Assembly (NCBI GenBank): GCA_965223265.1
Contig: OZ244999.1
Span: 7,104,001 to 7,168,000 of the forward strand
Reading direction: 5' to 3'
DNA from: Planctomycetota bacterium
Lineage (GTDB): Bacteria > Planctomycetota > UBA8108 > SXIK01
Length of the DNA stretch: 64,000 nt
The notes under the pieces were generated by a model. That model did not search any database, was not told where the DNA came from, and saw nothing but the letters and a program-made list of their open reading frames with translations. This document shows, piece by piece, positions 10,540 through 21,089 of this stretch (positions are counted from its first letter, which is position 1; the number at the start of each line of letters is the position of its first letter). A program made the position numbers and the translations under genes.

Positions 10540-11184
10540 ATGGCCACTGCACGAACCCATCGTCGATTCGGCGAAATCCTCCTCGACGAAGGACTCCTTT
10601 CGCCGGACCAACTGGACGAAGCACTCGACATCCAGCAGCGCACCGGCGAGGTGTTGGGCCTCATCCTCAAAGACATGGGGCTGGTCACCGAATCCGACAT
10701 CGCCAAGATCGTCTGCATTCAGTACCAGCTGCCGTTTTTGAGCCTGTCGAACTACGAGATGGACAAGAAGCTCGTCGAGCTCTTCGATCCGATTTTTCTC
10801 CACAAACATCGCATGCTGCCTTTCGATCAGGTGGGTCGGACGCTGCTCATTCTGGTGACGGAGATCCCGGACGAGCGCGCGCTCGCCGAGATTCCGAGCC
10901 GGACCGGCCTCAATGCTGCTCTCTACGTCGGCTTTACCTCCGAAGTCGAAGGCCAACTGAATATCCTGTCGCCGCTCCCCGAAGAAGAGAAGAAAAAGAA
11001 GAAGGCGGCGGAAGCCGCGCGGGTGCGCGCCGCGCAGCATCAGGACGAAGAAGAGGAGGACGACGAAGCCCTCTTCGGCTCCGACGGCGAGTCTCTCCTG
11101 CAAGAGCTCGATTCCACCTGGGACTCGATCTTCGAGCAGCTCGACACTGGCGAAGGCGACGACGAATCCAAGACCGAAGAGTGA
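10540..11184 (+). CDS. Stand-alone MshEN/GspE-N-terminal domain protein with acidic tail (putative c-di-GMP receptor)
   Basis: RFGEILLDEGLLSPDQLDEALDIQ-x5-LGLILKDMGLV matches the MshEN motif. No ATPase domain; K-rich then D/E-rich tail. Confidence 0.8.
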   Translation: MATARTHRRFGEILLDEGLLSPDQLDEALDIQQRTGEVLGLILKDMGLVTESDIAKIVCIQYQLPFLSLSNYEMDKKLVELFDPIFLHKHRMLPFDQVGRTLLILVTEIPDERALAEIPSRTGLNAALYVGFTSEVEGQLNILSPLPEEEKKKKKAAEAARVRAAQHQDEEEEDDEALFGSDGESLLQELDSTWDSIFEQLDTGEGDDESKTEE

Positions 11185-11349
11185 TCTTCGCGCCACCCAC
11201 GTCCCTTGCCATTCGTCGATCTCACGCCTACAATTCGCCGATCTGATCCGACTCATTCATGGGATCCGCGCCAGGTGCCGACATAGCGTGTTGACCGTCA
11301 GTGCGCTGTCGCGACCACGTGCCGATCCTGCCGTATTGACCGAAGGCGA

Positions 11350-13986
11350 ATGATCGAGGCGAAGCACGACCAAAGTGCGATGGCGACGCCGATGATGCGT
11401 CAGTACCTCGCCATCAAAGAGAAACACCCTCGCGAGATTCTCTTTTTCCGCATGGGGGACTTCTACGAGATGTTCCTCGACGACGCTGAAGAGGCCTCCG
11501 AGCTCCTCGGGCTCACGTTGACGTCGCGCTCGAAAGAGAAGGGCAGCATCCCGATGGCCGGCATTCCCGTTCGCGCCGTCGATTCATATCTGCCGAAGCT
11601 TCTCCGCGCCGGCCGACGTGTCGCTATCTGCGAGCAGGTCGAAGATCCAAAGGATGCGAAGGGACTTGTCGAGCGCGACGTCGTTCGGGTGATCTCGCCA
11701 GGAACCATCACAGACGAGAAACTCATCGGTGAAAAATCGAGCAACTACCTGGCCGCGATCGCTATCTCCAAGCCAGGGTTCGGTCTGGCATGGATCGACG
11801 TCAGTACAGGCAGATTCCACATCTGGGAAGTCGAGGACCCCAATGCGATCCTTGCGGAACTCGGGCGCATCGAACCCGCCGAGATCCTGCTTCCCGAGTC
11901 TATAGCGTTCGATTTAGAGTCAAACAAGCTGCTGCACGAAGCTTTGAGCGACGTGGTGCAGACGCCATACCCCGACCCGCTCTTCGGCCGCGACACGGCC
12001 TACCGCTGCCTGACGGAACACTTCGGCGTCCACACGCTGGAAGGGTTCGGCTGTGATCACTATCACGCCGCGATTCAGGCCGGCGGTGGTCTTTTACGGT
12101 ACGTACTTGAGACACAAAAGAACGCGCTGAGTCATGTCGCGAAGGTGTCCCCGTTCCGTCACCAGCAGCATTTGCCGATTGACCAAGCGACACGACGCGC
12201 CCTGGAGCTCACACAGACTTACCGAGGCGGCCATCGTGCGGGGACCTTACTCTCTTGCCTAGACCGAAGCTCCACGGCGATGGGAGGACGCTGCCTGCGC
12301 GAATGGCTCGTGTCTCCGCTCACCGACGTCGACGAAATCGTCCGGCGCCAAGATGCTGTTGCCGAGTTCGCGGCCGACGCCGATCTGCGCCGCACGGTGA
12401 TCGATCTGCTGCGCCAAGTCCACGACCTTGAACGACTGTGCACAAGGATCAGTTACGGAAGCGCCAACGCCAGAGATCTCAACGCGCTCGCACGTACGCT
12501 GCAGGTCGTACCGCAGCTGAGAGATACACTCGCGCAACGCGAGCCACAGTTGTTTCAGACTGCTGTGGATCAACTCGTCGTTCCGGAAGGCCTGGCCGAG
12601 GAAATTGAGCGCGCCATCGTCGACGACCCGCCATTACCCATCCGTGATGGCGGCATGATTCGAGACGGCTATGACGACGAGCTCGACGAAACGCGAGAGA
12701 TCGCGACTCAAGGCACTCGTTGGATCGCCCAATTCCAGCGACGTGAGATCGAACGCACGGGAATTCCGTCGCTCAAGATTGGCTACAACAAGGTCTTTGG
12801 CTACTACATCGAAGTGACAAACACGCACCAAGACAAGGTGCCAGAAGAATACATTCGCAAGCAGACGCTGAAGAACTGCGAACGCTACCTGACTGCTGAT
12901 CTCAAGGAGTACGAATCGAAGCTCCTCAACGCGAAGGAACGGGCCGTCGAGATCGAGTATCGACTCTTTTGCTCGCTTCGCGATCGTACTGTCGAGCATA
13001 TCTCTCTCTTTCAACAAATCGCACAGGTTGTCGCCGAGATCGACGTCCTGGCGACGTTCGGTCGGCTCGCGGCCGAGCGCGGCTACGTCAGGCCCACGGT
13101 CAATGACAGTCGCAGACTGATGATCGAAGATGGTCGTCACCCCGTCGTCGAGGAGTTCGTCGGTGATTCGAGGTTCGTCCCGAATTCAGTGTCGCTCGAC
13201 AGCGACAAATACATCATGGTGATCACTGGGCCGAACATGGCCGGCAAATCGACCTACATCCGGCAAGTCGCGATCCTCACACTGCTCGCTCAAACGGGAA
13301 GTTTCATCCCGGCGGCCAATGCAGAAATCGGAGTCGTCGACCGCATCTTCAGCCGCGTTGGAGCCGCTGACGATCTGACGCGTGGGCAGTCGACGTTCAT
13401 GGTCGAAATGACCGAAACCGCGAACATTCTCAACAACGCGACCGAGCGCAGCTTGATCATCCTCGATGAAGTGGGACGCGGTACCAGCACGTTCGACGGT
13501 GTGAGCTTGGCATGGGCGATCACGGAGCACCTGGCCGAACAGTCAAAGTGTCGGACTCTGTTTGCGACGCACTACCACGAGCTCACGGCACTGACGACGA
13601 CCCTGCCAAACGTCGCCAACTTCAACTTCTCCGTCAAGGAGTGGAACGATGAGATCATTTTCCTGCGCAAAATCGTCGACGGCGGAGCCGACAAGAGCTA
13701 CGGCATTCACGTCGCCCGGTTGGCTGGCATACCGAAGGAAGTGCTCGAGAGGGCACGCGAAATACTCTCGAATCTAGAGTCTCAAGCGTTCGATCTCCAC
13801 GACCAACCTCGCCTGGCGCAGAAGAGCCAACGACACGATCGCAGCGCGACTGCACCCCTCCAGCTCGATTTCTTTCGCAGCGCCAATGAAGCGATTCTCG
13901 AAGAGCTGAAGAACGCCAACCTCGACGAGATGACACCGCTCGCGGCGCTGCAGTTCCTCGCTGAAGTCCAACCTCGGATTGTCTAA
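11350..13986 (+). CDS. mutS: DNA mismatch repair protein MutS
   Basis: TPMMRQY, FRMGDFYEMF, ITGPNMAGKST, STFMVEM, DEVGRGT, SYGIHVA. Confidence 0.98.
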   Translation: MIEAKHDQSAMATPMMRQYLAIKEKHPREILFFRMGDFYEMFLDDAEEASELLGLTLTSRSKEKGSIPMAGIPVRAVDSYLPKLLRAGRRVAICEQVEDPKDAKGLVERDVVRVISPGTITDEKLIGEKSSNYLAAIAISKPGFGLAWIDVSTGRFHIWEVEDPNAILAELGRIEPAEILLPESIAFDLESNKLLHEALSDVVQTPYPDPLFGRDTAYRCLTEHFGVHTLEGFGCDHYHAAIQAGGGLLRYVLETQKNALSHVAKVSPFRHQQHLPIDQATRRALELTQTYRGGHRAGTLLSCLDRSSTAMGGRCLREWLVSPLTDVDEIVRRQDAVAEFAADADLRRTVIDLLRQVHDLERLCTRISYGSANARDLNALARTLQVVPQLRDTLAQREPQLFQTAVDQLVVPEGLAEEIERAIVDDPPLPIRDGGMIRDGYDDELDETREIATQGTRWIAQFQRREIERTGIPSLKIGYNKVFGYYIEVTNTHQDKVPEEYIRKQTLKNCERYLTADLKEYESKLLNAKERAVEIEYRLFCSLRDRTVEHISLFQQIAQVVAEIDVLATFGRLAAERGYVRPTVNDSRRLMIEDGRHPVVEEFVGDSRFVPNSVSLDSDKYIMVITGPNMAGKSTYIRQVAILTLLAQTGSFIPAANAEIGVVDRIFSRVGAADDLTRGQSTFMVEMTETANILNNATERSLIILDEVGRGTSTFDGVSLAWAITEHLAEQSKCRTLFATHYHELTALTTTLPNVANFNFSVKEWNDEIIFLRKIVDGGADKSYGIHVARLAGIPKEVLERAREILSNLESQAFDLHDQPRLAQKSQRHDRSATAPLQLDFFRSANEAILEELKNANLDEMTPLAALQFLAEVQPRIV

Positions 13987-14235
13987 CCGAGGCCAAACTG
14001 AGCCTCACCTCCGTCTGACCTCTCATGCCGGTTCCGCGCCTCCGTCCTGATCAATCGGGCAGAAGAAAACGAAAGGGACCCCAACCGACTGTCTTGAACG
14101 CTGTTTTTCAGCGTGGTCAATTGGTTGAAGTCTTGCGGGAAGAATTCTCTCCGCAGACTCCGACGAGCTCCGTAGAGCAAGAGTGAACGGTGCAATCAGC
14201 GTCCGTTGAGTGGGCCTGGCGCCACGCTCTCTTCG

Positions 14236-16989
14236 TCAACGATCGCGCGTCGCACTGCCCGCCTGCAGGTCGAGCTGCAGTTTCAGGATCGACTGAAGAA
14301 CGCGTTCAGCATCCCAGCGTCGCTCCGCCTTGCGCTCCAGCATGCCGGCAAGCAAGAGCTCGGTGCCTTCAGGAAACCCTTCAAGGTATCGCGGCTCCAC
14401 TTTGATCGTTCTTTCAAGGTTGGCGACCATCACCGCCTTTCCTTTCAGTCCCGGAAAAGGCGGCCGGCGCACAATCATCTCGTAGGCGAGGACGCCGAGG
14501 GCGAACACATCCGCCTTTGGTCCACCACTCTCTCCCTTGATCCTTTCTGGCGCGAGATACCGGGGGGTACCAAGGATCGGTGTTTTCTCGACTCGATAGC
14601 CGCGGTCCTGATCGCGCGTACGAAACGAAATGCCGAAATCCGCGATCTTTACCCTCGCGACGTTCGGCTGACTCGCCAGATCTCCGAGGATTTCGTACCA
14701 GTTCCCGTCGCGGCGAAACCAGTCGCGAAGCGTTGCAACCACCGCACGTCGTCCCGTGTCGTGTTCGGCCAGTTCGCGGTAAATTGCCAGGATTTGCTGA
14801 AACATCTCACGTGCTAGATCGGACTGATACTGTCCGCGCGCTAGGTGCGCCCCTTCGAGCAGCGTCTGTACCGCCTTGGAAAACTCTCGACAGCCGCAAT
14901 AGTGCTGTGCGCGCAGCTGCAAGAGTTCCGCTGACTCGGTGATCGGAGCGGCACCAAGGAGTCGACAAACCGCGCGATGAAGATGCGGTCGCTCGCTGCG
15001 AGGGAACTGATCCGCGATATAACTCTGAAAAGCGTGATTGGTGAAGCCGTACCACGTCCGACTCTCCTCGGTAAAAAACCCTTCTGTGATCATCGTACGG
15101 ACGATGAAGAACAGGGCTGTCTCATCGATCGATGAGAATTTCAGGAGCGTATCGAAAAGGAAACGCTTGCCGATGAACGCGGCGTGCTCCAAAACACGCT
15201 GCTCGACCTTTCCTAAGGCGCGGTACCGGGCGTGAAGGTTCTTCCCTTCTTCGAGTTCCAGTGTTTGCGCGCGCGGCCGGTAGATCACACCACGCTTGCC
15301 GTCAGGTCGTAGAATGCCGCGAGCCACGAAGCCCTGAAGAATACTCAGGAGTTTGTAGAAATTTCCTCCGCTCAAACGGCACACGTCGGCCGCGAGTGAC
15401 GTGTCCGACCCCAAGCCAGGGAACAGCTGTTGAAGATAACGCTGGATCTGGTATTCGGTCATCGGTCGGAGATAAAGCTGCTTCGTGACGTCCGCGACGG
15501 TCTCGAGAAACGGTTTCAGGACCGCATTCTCACGCAGTTCGTCCGGGTCGAGTGTGGCGACGAGAAAGAGCCGCCGCTCCTGGGCGCACAGGGCCCCGAT
15601 CAACTCGACGTAGAGAGGTGAAGCGCCTCCGAAATTGAGCAAACGGAGAATCACCGGGGCGTCAACCGTTCGAAAGTACTCGATCAGATCGTCGACGAGG
15701 GTCTTGACACGAATGGATGTTCCCGGGCGCATCGAGAAAATCTGCTCATAGAGAAGCGGCAGACCCTCGATCCTCGAACAGTCCAGCTCGTAGAGGAGAG
15801 CCTCGTCCATCGGTGAGGTGAGGCTGAGCGTTCCCTCCTGCACCGCTTCCAGGAACTCGCTCACGAGCCGATCCTTGCCCACGCCTGACTCGCCCTCGAC
15901 AAGCGTCAAGTAACCTCGACCAGACTGGGTTCGCTGCAAGTAGTGGCGAAGAAACCTCGTCTCCGAACGCCGCTCGAAGTAGGGAGGATCGACAAGAGCC
16001 TCTTCGAGAAAGTGATCTAGTTCCCGCTTCTTCGACGCGTCCACGGCTGCCGACTGCACCAACTCGGCGGAGCCCTCCGCCGTGACGTTCTCAAACTCCA
16101 GGATTCCTCCGGCGTCGTCGAGCTCTCCCCCGCCATCGGCTCTCCTTTCTCGATCACTCGACGGTGTCGCCTCCGTCGCCAACAGCACGTTCGCGGGTTT
16201 GATATCGCTGTGAACAACACCCTGACGGTGCGCCGCGGCGATTCCGCACGTAGCCTGCCTCAAGAGCTCTATGACCTCGCTGGGCGACAACTTTTGCCGG
16301 CGAATTGTCTGATACAAACTCTCGCCCTGGACGAACTCCATCGATATGAAGTGATGATCCGCATCGACCCCGTATTCATAGATCTGAATAACGTTCGGGT
16401 GATTGATCTCGCGCGCCAGGACCGCTTCACGGTTGTGAAAAAAGTCGAGAAACGCCTCACGGCGACCGATCTGGCTGCGGATGAATTTCACCGCGAGCTG
16501 CCGCTTGGAATCTAGGTCGATCGCCCTGTAGACCGTGCCCATGCCGCCCTGACCAAGCCGTTCAAGAAGTTGAAACTTCCCGAGTCGACGCGGCAGAACT
16601 TCCTTCCTCTGTTTCCCGTTCACTCGACTGCGGCTCTGGAGCGCCGCAGTGACGAGTCCGCTGAGAGGTTCCGTCGGTTGCCCTGGAGCAGCACTCCCTT
16701 CGAAGTCGGAGACGTGGAACTCGAGATGCTCCTCGCCGAGTGTGATCATATCACCGTGTGTCAGCCGGGTCTCCGAGGAGATGCGTTCGCCGTTGACGAC
16801 CGTGCCATTCGTACTCCCAAGATCGACGATGACGAAATGCTCATCGCGACGGTGAATGCGGGCGTGCTGTCGCGACACACTCTTCGCGCGCACGTCGCAA
16901 TCCGCAGCCCCTCGTCCGATGAGGCACGTCTCGCCGAGGTCGAAGACCTTCTGCGACTGCCCCACACGATTCCATAGCAGCCTGGCCAT
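14236..16989 (-). CDS. FHA-domain Ser/Thr protein kinase with a split catalytic domain and internal P-loop/helical insert
   Basis: FHA (IGR...VSRQHA...DLGSTNGT). Kinase I-VIb (LGQGGMGTVY, AVK, HSDIKPAN at ~aa 260). Insert with GESGVGKD at ~aa 366. Kinase VII-XI (KIADFG at ~aa 784, GTPRYLAPE, ADVFALG, final R). Confidence 0.88.
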   Translation of the reverse strand: MARLLWNRVGQSQKVFDLGETCLIGRGAADCDVRAKSVSRQHARIHRRDEHFVIVDLGSTNGTVVNGERISSETRLTHGDMITLGEEHLEFHVSDFEGSAAPGQPTEPLSGLVTAALQSRSRVNGKQRKEVLPRRLGKFQLLERLGQGGMGTVYRAIDLDSKRQLAVKFIRSQIGRREAFLDFFHNREAVLAREINHPNVIQIYEYGVDADHHFISMEFVQGESLYQTIRRQKLSPSEVIELLRQATCGIAAAHRQGVVHSDIKPANVLLATEATPSSDRERRADGGGELDDAGGILEFENVTAEGSAELVQSAAVDASKKRELDHFLEEALVDPPYFERRSETRFLRHYLQRTQSGRGYLTLVEGESGVGKDRLVSEFLEAVQEGTLSLTSPMDEALLYELDCSRIEGLPLLYEQIFSMRPGTSIRVKTLVDDLIEYFRTVDAPVILRLLNFGGASPLYVELIGALCAQERRLFLVATLDPDELRENAVLKPFLETVADVTKQLYLRPMTEYQIQRYLQQLFPGLGSDTSLAADVCRLSGGNFYKLLSILQGFVARGILRPDGKRGVIYRPRAQTLELEEGKNLHARYRALGKVEQRVLEHAAFIGKRFLFDTLLKFSSIDETALFFIVRTMITEGFFTEESRTWYGFTNHAFQSYIADQFPRSERPHLHRAVCRLLGAAPITESAELLQLRAQHYCGCREFSKAVQTLLEGAHLARGQYQSDLAREMFQQILAIYRELAEHDTGRRAVVATLRDWFRRDGNWYEILGDLASQPNVARVKIADFGISFRTRDQDRGYRVEKTPILGTPRYLAPERIKGESGGPKADVFALGVLAYEMIVRRPPFPGLKGKAVMVANLERTIKVEPRYLEGFPEGTELLLAGMLERKAERRWDAERVLQSILKLQLDLQAGSATRDR

Positions 16990-17118
16990 ACGATGAGTTT
17001 AGCACGCGGATTCATGCGCATCATCGCTGGGAGACAGGTTCAGGGTGACAAACAACGCGGGGGCTAACTCACCGATGGCGGTCGATCGCGCTCCCGGCGG
17101 TTGCAAAAGCCGTATTAA

Positions 17119-17274
17119 CAGGAGGCCTGAAAGAGTGATTCGAGCCGAAAACTGGGTCCCGTCGAGTCCAGATCGGCTGCGCCCGTTGAAAAAGTCATTC
17201 GGCCGAGAAACTGACCTCTTCACGCCCAAATCGACCGCGTCAATCGTCGAAAAATCTCGAAGAATACCTCGCTG
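17119..17274. mobile_element. Family-A MITE, rearranged copy 2
   Basis: Degenerate arm-1 start (ctgaaagagtgattcgagccgaaaactgg...ccagatcggctgcg) followed by an arm-2 start (cccgttgaaaaagtcattcggccgagaaactg...). Ends gctg; TTAA on both sides (17115-17118, 17275-17278). Confidence 0.75.
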
Positions 17275-17284
17275 TTAACTCCCG

Positions 17285-17527
17285 TCAGGTCGGGGAACTT
17301 TGGCTGTCGCACGAGGCGCCGCGGATCAGCGCATCCACCTTGGCAAGGGTCAGCTGTGGATCTGTTTCGCGGTCGCACTCCTCCAACCAGGTCTCGATTT
17401 CATCAAGGGTCGAACGGACGACATGAAGTTTGCCATAGACCTTGGCCAGCGTGACCTCGGCTGTAGTGCCTGGGATCACCTGGTCCGAGTTTGGCCCGTT
17501 TTGTGAGTTGGGGATCTGATAGTGCAT
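17285..17527 (-). CDS. Small hypothetical protein (80 aa)
   Basis: ATG with a purine-rich upstream region, fills an intergenic gap, helical-looking sequence. No recognisable family. Confidence 0.4.
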   Translation of the reverse strand: MHYQIPNSQNGPNSDQVIPGTTAEVTLAKVYGKLHVVRSTLDEIETWLEECDRETDPQLTLAKVDALIRGASCDSQSSPT

Positions 17528-17720
17528 GACGCTTCTCTCTACGACTCTTGCGCTTCATGGAGACGACGTGACCCGACCCAGCGCAGGGCCCGGTAACGAT
17601 CACGGTCCGAGAAAGTTACCATCCTGCCGCAGAATCGGCGAATCCATCGCAAATGGCTTGAAAGCCTACGCCTTCGGCTGCTTACGGTGAGCGGTTGACA
17701 GGACAGTCCCAGTGTGCCGG

Positions 17721-19787
17721 TCAGGAGCTCGCGTCGAGCTCGCGGGCCAGCTCTGCAACCCCAGTCACCGGAGCCCGACAGGCGAAGTCGCGGCAGACAT
17801 ACGCTGTGGCTTGACCTTGGATCGCTTTCTTCCCGGCCAGCAGCGGCACCACCTCCGCAAGGTCGCTGCTGGGTTCCTCGCACGCGGCAAGCACCCGCCG
17901 CGGTAGAAAGCGAGAGTGAATCGCCCGCAGCAAAGGCCTCGACTCTTCTGCATCACCGACAATTGCGACTTCGAGCGCTGGCCGCTGAAGCATGTCGACC
18001 GAGAGCAAAGTGTAAGCCATCGCAATCGGCGCACGCTGGACGAAGTCCGCGGCGCTGCGCAGAGCCGCTTCGGCCCGATCGCGATACGTCGCACGCCCCG
18101 TAAGGCGCTCCGCACGCAGCAGGGTGAGGGTCATCACTGCGCTCGCACTCGGCGTTGCATTGTCAAGGTATTGCTTTTGTCGACAGATGAGCTCCTCGTG
18201 GTCGTGCGCCGTGTAGTAAAACCCTCCCGCGGCGTCATCCCAGAACCCATCCAAGACCGCATCGCAGATCTCCAAGGCAAACTTAAGGTGGCGCAGGTCA
18301 AAGGTTGCCTCGTAGAGATCAACCAGCGCCTCCGCAAGATAGGCATAGTCGTCGAGACACGCCGCGTGGCGCGCTTGGCCATCTTTCAGCGTCCGCAGCA
18401 AGCGACTGCTACGCCACAGCTCGGAGCGTATTCGATCAACGGCGCTTTCCGCCGCAGTGCGGTATCGACTCTCCTCAAACACCTGGTAGCCGCGAGCCAT
18501 CGCAGAAATCATCAGGCCGTTCCAGGCGGTGATCAGCTTTTCGTCGCGAAACGGCGCCGGACGCGAAAGCCGCGCCTCATAGAGCTTCTTGCGGCCTCGT
18601 TCGACGCACGCCTCGACGTCGTCGGTCTCCATGCCGAGGAGGGAGGCAACGGCATCCGGCCCGCGCGCCACGTGCGGGATGCTTGTCCGGTGCTCGAAGT
18701 TACCGCGCTCGGTGATGTTGAAGTATTCGCAGACGACGCGCCCCTCCTCGCGACCCAAAACGTCGATGACATCCTCCGGCCGCCAGACGAAGAATCTACC
18801 TTCCTCACCCTCGCTGTCGGCGTCGGTGGCCGAGAAGAATCCGCCACTGCGATCCCGCATCTCCCGCAGTGCATAGTCGAGAGTCTCCTCGGCGACGCGA
18901 CGGAAAAGCGGCCGCTTCGTCGCTTGCCACGCTTCGATGTAGATGCGCGCCAGGAGCGCGTTGTCGTAGAGCATCTTCTCGAAGTGAGGTACCAACCAGC
19001 GGCGATCTGTCGCATAGCGGTGGAAGCCGCCGCCGATTTGGTCGTACATCCCGCCACTGGCCATGGCGTTCAGCGTCGTCACCACTTGAGACAAAATCGT
19101 CTCGTCGTCGCGCGTCACGGCACAGCGAAGTAGAAACGATAGATCGAACGATCTGGGAAACTTTGGTGCAGGGCCGAAGCCGCCGAACTCAGCGTCAAAC
19201 GTGCGATCGAAGGCGGCGAGCGCGGCGTCCAGCGCATCGTCGTCGGGTAGCTTGTCAGCGACAGGATGGATCTCGGCGCGCCGGAGTCGCTCCGTGATCT
19301 CGGCGCCTGCGGCTTCGATCGTGTCGCGTTGCTCACGATAAGCTCGCGCCACATGCCGGAGGATATCCGGAAATCCCGGCCGACCTCCTTGGGCTCGCGG
19401 CGGAAAATAGGTTCCGCCCCAGAAGGGACGCAAATCTGGCGTCAAGAAGAGACTCATGGGCCAGCCGCCGGAACCGGTCAGCATCTGCACGGCATTCATG
19501 TAGATCGAATCGATGTCGGGGCGCTCCTCGCGGTCGACTTTGATGTTCACAAACTCCGCGTTCATGATCGCGGCTGTCGACGAGCTCTCGAACGATTCGC
19601 GCTCCATGACATGACACCAGTGGCACGACGAGTAGCCGACCGAGAGAAAGATCGGGCGGTCGAGATCCTTGGCGCGACGGAGAGCCTCCTCGCCCCACGG
19701 GTACCAGTCGACGGGGTTGGTCGCGTGCTGCAGGAGATACGGGCTCGTCGCGTGGGCAAGCCGGTTACTTGTCGTTCCGTCGGTCAC
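17721..19787 (-). CDS. Thioredoxin-domain / six-hairpin glycosidase-like protein (YyaL/SPATA20/DUF255)
   Basis: [61 protein letters not shown]. Confidence 0.95.
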   Translation of the reverse strand: MTDGTTSNRLAHATSPYLLQHATNPVDWYPWGEEALRRAKDLDRPIFLSVGYSSCHWCHVMERESFESSSTAAIMNAEFVNIKVDREERPDIDSIYMNAVQMLTGSGGWPMSLFLTPDLRPFWGGTYFPPRAQGGRPGFPDILRHVARAYREQRDTIEAAGAEITERLRRAEIHPVADKLPDDDALDAALAAFDRTFDAEFGGFGPAPKFPRSFDLSFLLRCAVTRDDETILSQVVTTLNAMASGGMYDQIGGGFHRYATDRRWLVPHFEKMLYDNALLARIYIEAWQATKRPLFRRVAEETLDYALREMRDRSGGFFSATDADSEGEEGRFFVWRPEDVIDVLGREEGRVVCEYFNITERGNFEHRTSIPHVARGPDAVASLLGMETDDVEACVERGRKKLYEARLSRPAPFRDEKLITAWNGLMISAMARGYQVFEESRYRTAAESAVDRIRSELWRSSRLLRTLKDGQARHAACLDDYAYLAEALVDLYEATFDLRHLKFALEICDAVLDGFWDDAAGGFYYTAHDHEELICRQKQYLDNATPSASAVMTLTLLRAERLTGRATYRDRAEAALRSAADFVQRAPIAMAYTLLSVDMLQRPALEVAIVGDAEESRPLLRAIHSRFLPRRVLAACEEPSSDLAEVVPLLAGKKAIQGQATAYVCRDFACRAPVTGVAELARELDASS

Positions 19788-19822
19788 GCGAAAGTCATCA
19801 AACCGTCAGACGTTGCGGTTAA

Positions 19823-19981
19823 CAGCCTGTTGAAAAAGTGCTTCGAGTCGAAAACTGGCCGCTTCGCGTCCAGATCGGCCGCGGCGAACGTAGGTAATCT
19901 CCGAGATTTTCGAGGCTCGCCGCGGTCGATCTGGGCGTGAAGAGGCCAGTTTCTCGGCCGAATGACTTTTTCAACGGGCTG
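19823..19981. mobile_element. Family-A fold-back MITE, intact copy 3
   Basis: CAGCCTGTTGAAAAAGTG...GACTTTTTCAACGGGCTG with ~67-bp imperfect inverted arms. TTAA on the left, TGTTAA on the right. Confidence 0.9.
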
Positions 19982-20096
19982 TGTTAAGCGCGGGGAACAG
20001 GTCGCGAGTACATCGCGGGCGACCTCGACACCCGGGCTGGCGGCGACGCTTGTAAGGCGAAACCGTGAATTCGACTTCGCGGGGACACGCCTCACT

Positions 20097-21089
20097 TCAC
20101 CACCCTACCAGCTCGCGGACAGCCTCGACAATCTTGTTCTCAGTTGGCAGGCATGCCGCCTCGAGATCAGCGGCGAACGGCACAGGGTGATCTGCGAACG
20201 CCAGGCGCCGGAGAGGCGCGTCGAGATATTCGAAAGCTCGATCTGCAACGCGGGCGGCGAGCTCGGCACCAAAACCGGAGCTCAGCGGAGCCTCGTGCAC
20301 GAAGAGTACGCGCCCGGTCTCTCGAGCCGCTTTGAGAATCTCGTCCTCGTCGAGTGGCGATAGGACACGCAAGTCTATGACGCGCGCGGAGACGCCGTCT
20401 CGCGCCAGCCGATCGCTCGCCGCGACCGCGGCGTGCACTGGCGCGCCGTACGCAATGATCGCCGCGTCGCTTCCCTTGCGGCGTATGCGCGCGCCTGCCA
20501 ACGTCAAATCGACCTGGTCGAGATCGACTGGGGCGCGAAGTCGTCGATAGAGGTGCTTCTGCTCCATGTACACCACAGGGTTCGGATCGCGAATCGCGGC
20601 GCGCAACAGCGAGTACGCGTCATCGACGAACGCCGGCACAACCACCTTCAGCCCAGGAACGCTCAAGAACCATGCTTCCATGCTCTGCGAGTGGAACGGT
20701 CCGGCGCCCATTCCCGCACCAGCAGGGCAGCGTACGACAAGAGGAACCGGCATATGTGTTCGCCAAAACATCTTCGCGGCCACGTTGACCAGCTGATTGA
20801 AACCGCAGCTGATGAAGTCGGCAAACTGCATCTCGACCACAGGTCGACGCCCGAGAAGTGCCGCACCGACAGCCATGCCGATCGCGCCTGATTCCGCGAT
20901 CGGCGTGTTGACGATGCGTCCCTTGCCGAACCTGTCGACAAACCCGCGCGTCACCTTGAAAGCGCCGCCGTACTCGGCGATGTCTTGCCCCATGAGAAAG
21001 ACGCGGTCATCGCTCGCAAGTTCGGCGTCCAGCGCTGCGGCGATACCATCGAGGTAAGTGATCGATCCACGGTCCACTTCACTCGGCAT
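20097..21089 (-). CDS. 2-oxoacid dehydrogenase E1 beta subunit
   Basis: GQDI..YGGAFKVT, NTPIAE, EMQFADF, GPFHSQ, PGLKVV, IDLR, LDAP. Start ATG 21089 overlaps the end of E1 alpha. Confidence 0.93.
   Translation of the reverse strand: MPSEVDRGSITYLDGIAAALDAELASDDRVFLMGQDIAEYGGAFKVTRGFVDRFGKGRIVNTPIAESGAIGMAVGAALLGRRPVVEMQFADFISCGFNQLVNVAAKMFWRTHMPVPLVVRCPAGAGMGAGPFHSQSMEAWFLSVPGLKVVVPAFVDDAYSLLRAAIRDPNPVVYMEQKHLYRRLRAPVDLDQVDLTLAGARIRRKGSDAAIIAYGAPVHAAVAASDRLARDGVSARVIDLRVLSPLDEDEILKAARETGRVLFVHEAPLSSGFGAELAARVADRAFEYLDAPLRRLAFADHPVPFAADLEAACLPTENKIVEAVRELVGW

Noticed and set aside
14640-16180. Kinase insert as an intein
   Set aside because: No Cys/Ser start or His-Asn|Cys/Ser/Thr end at the junctions and no LAGLIDADG motifs; the insert looks like P-loop plus helical repeats.
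17916-19133. 405-aa plus-strand ORF
   Set aside because: Antisense to the well-conserved YyaL-like gene; GC-rich shadow frame.
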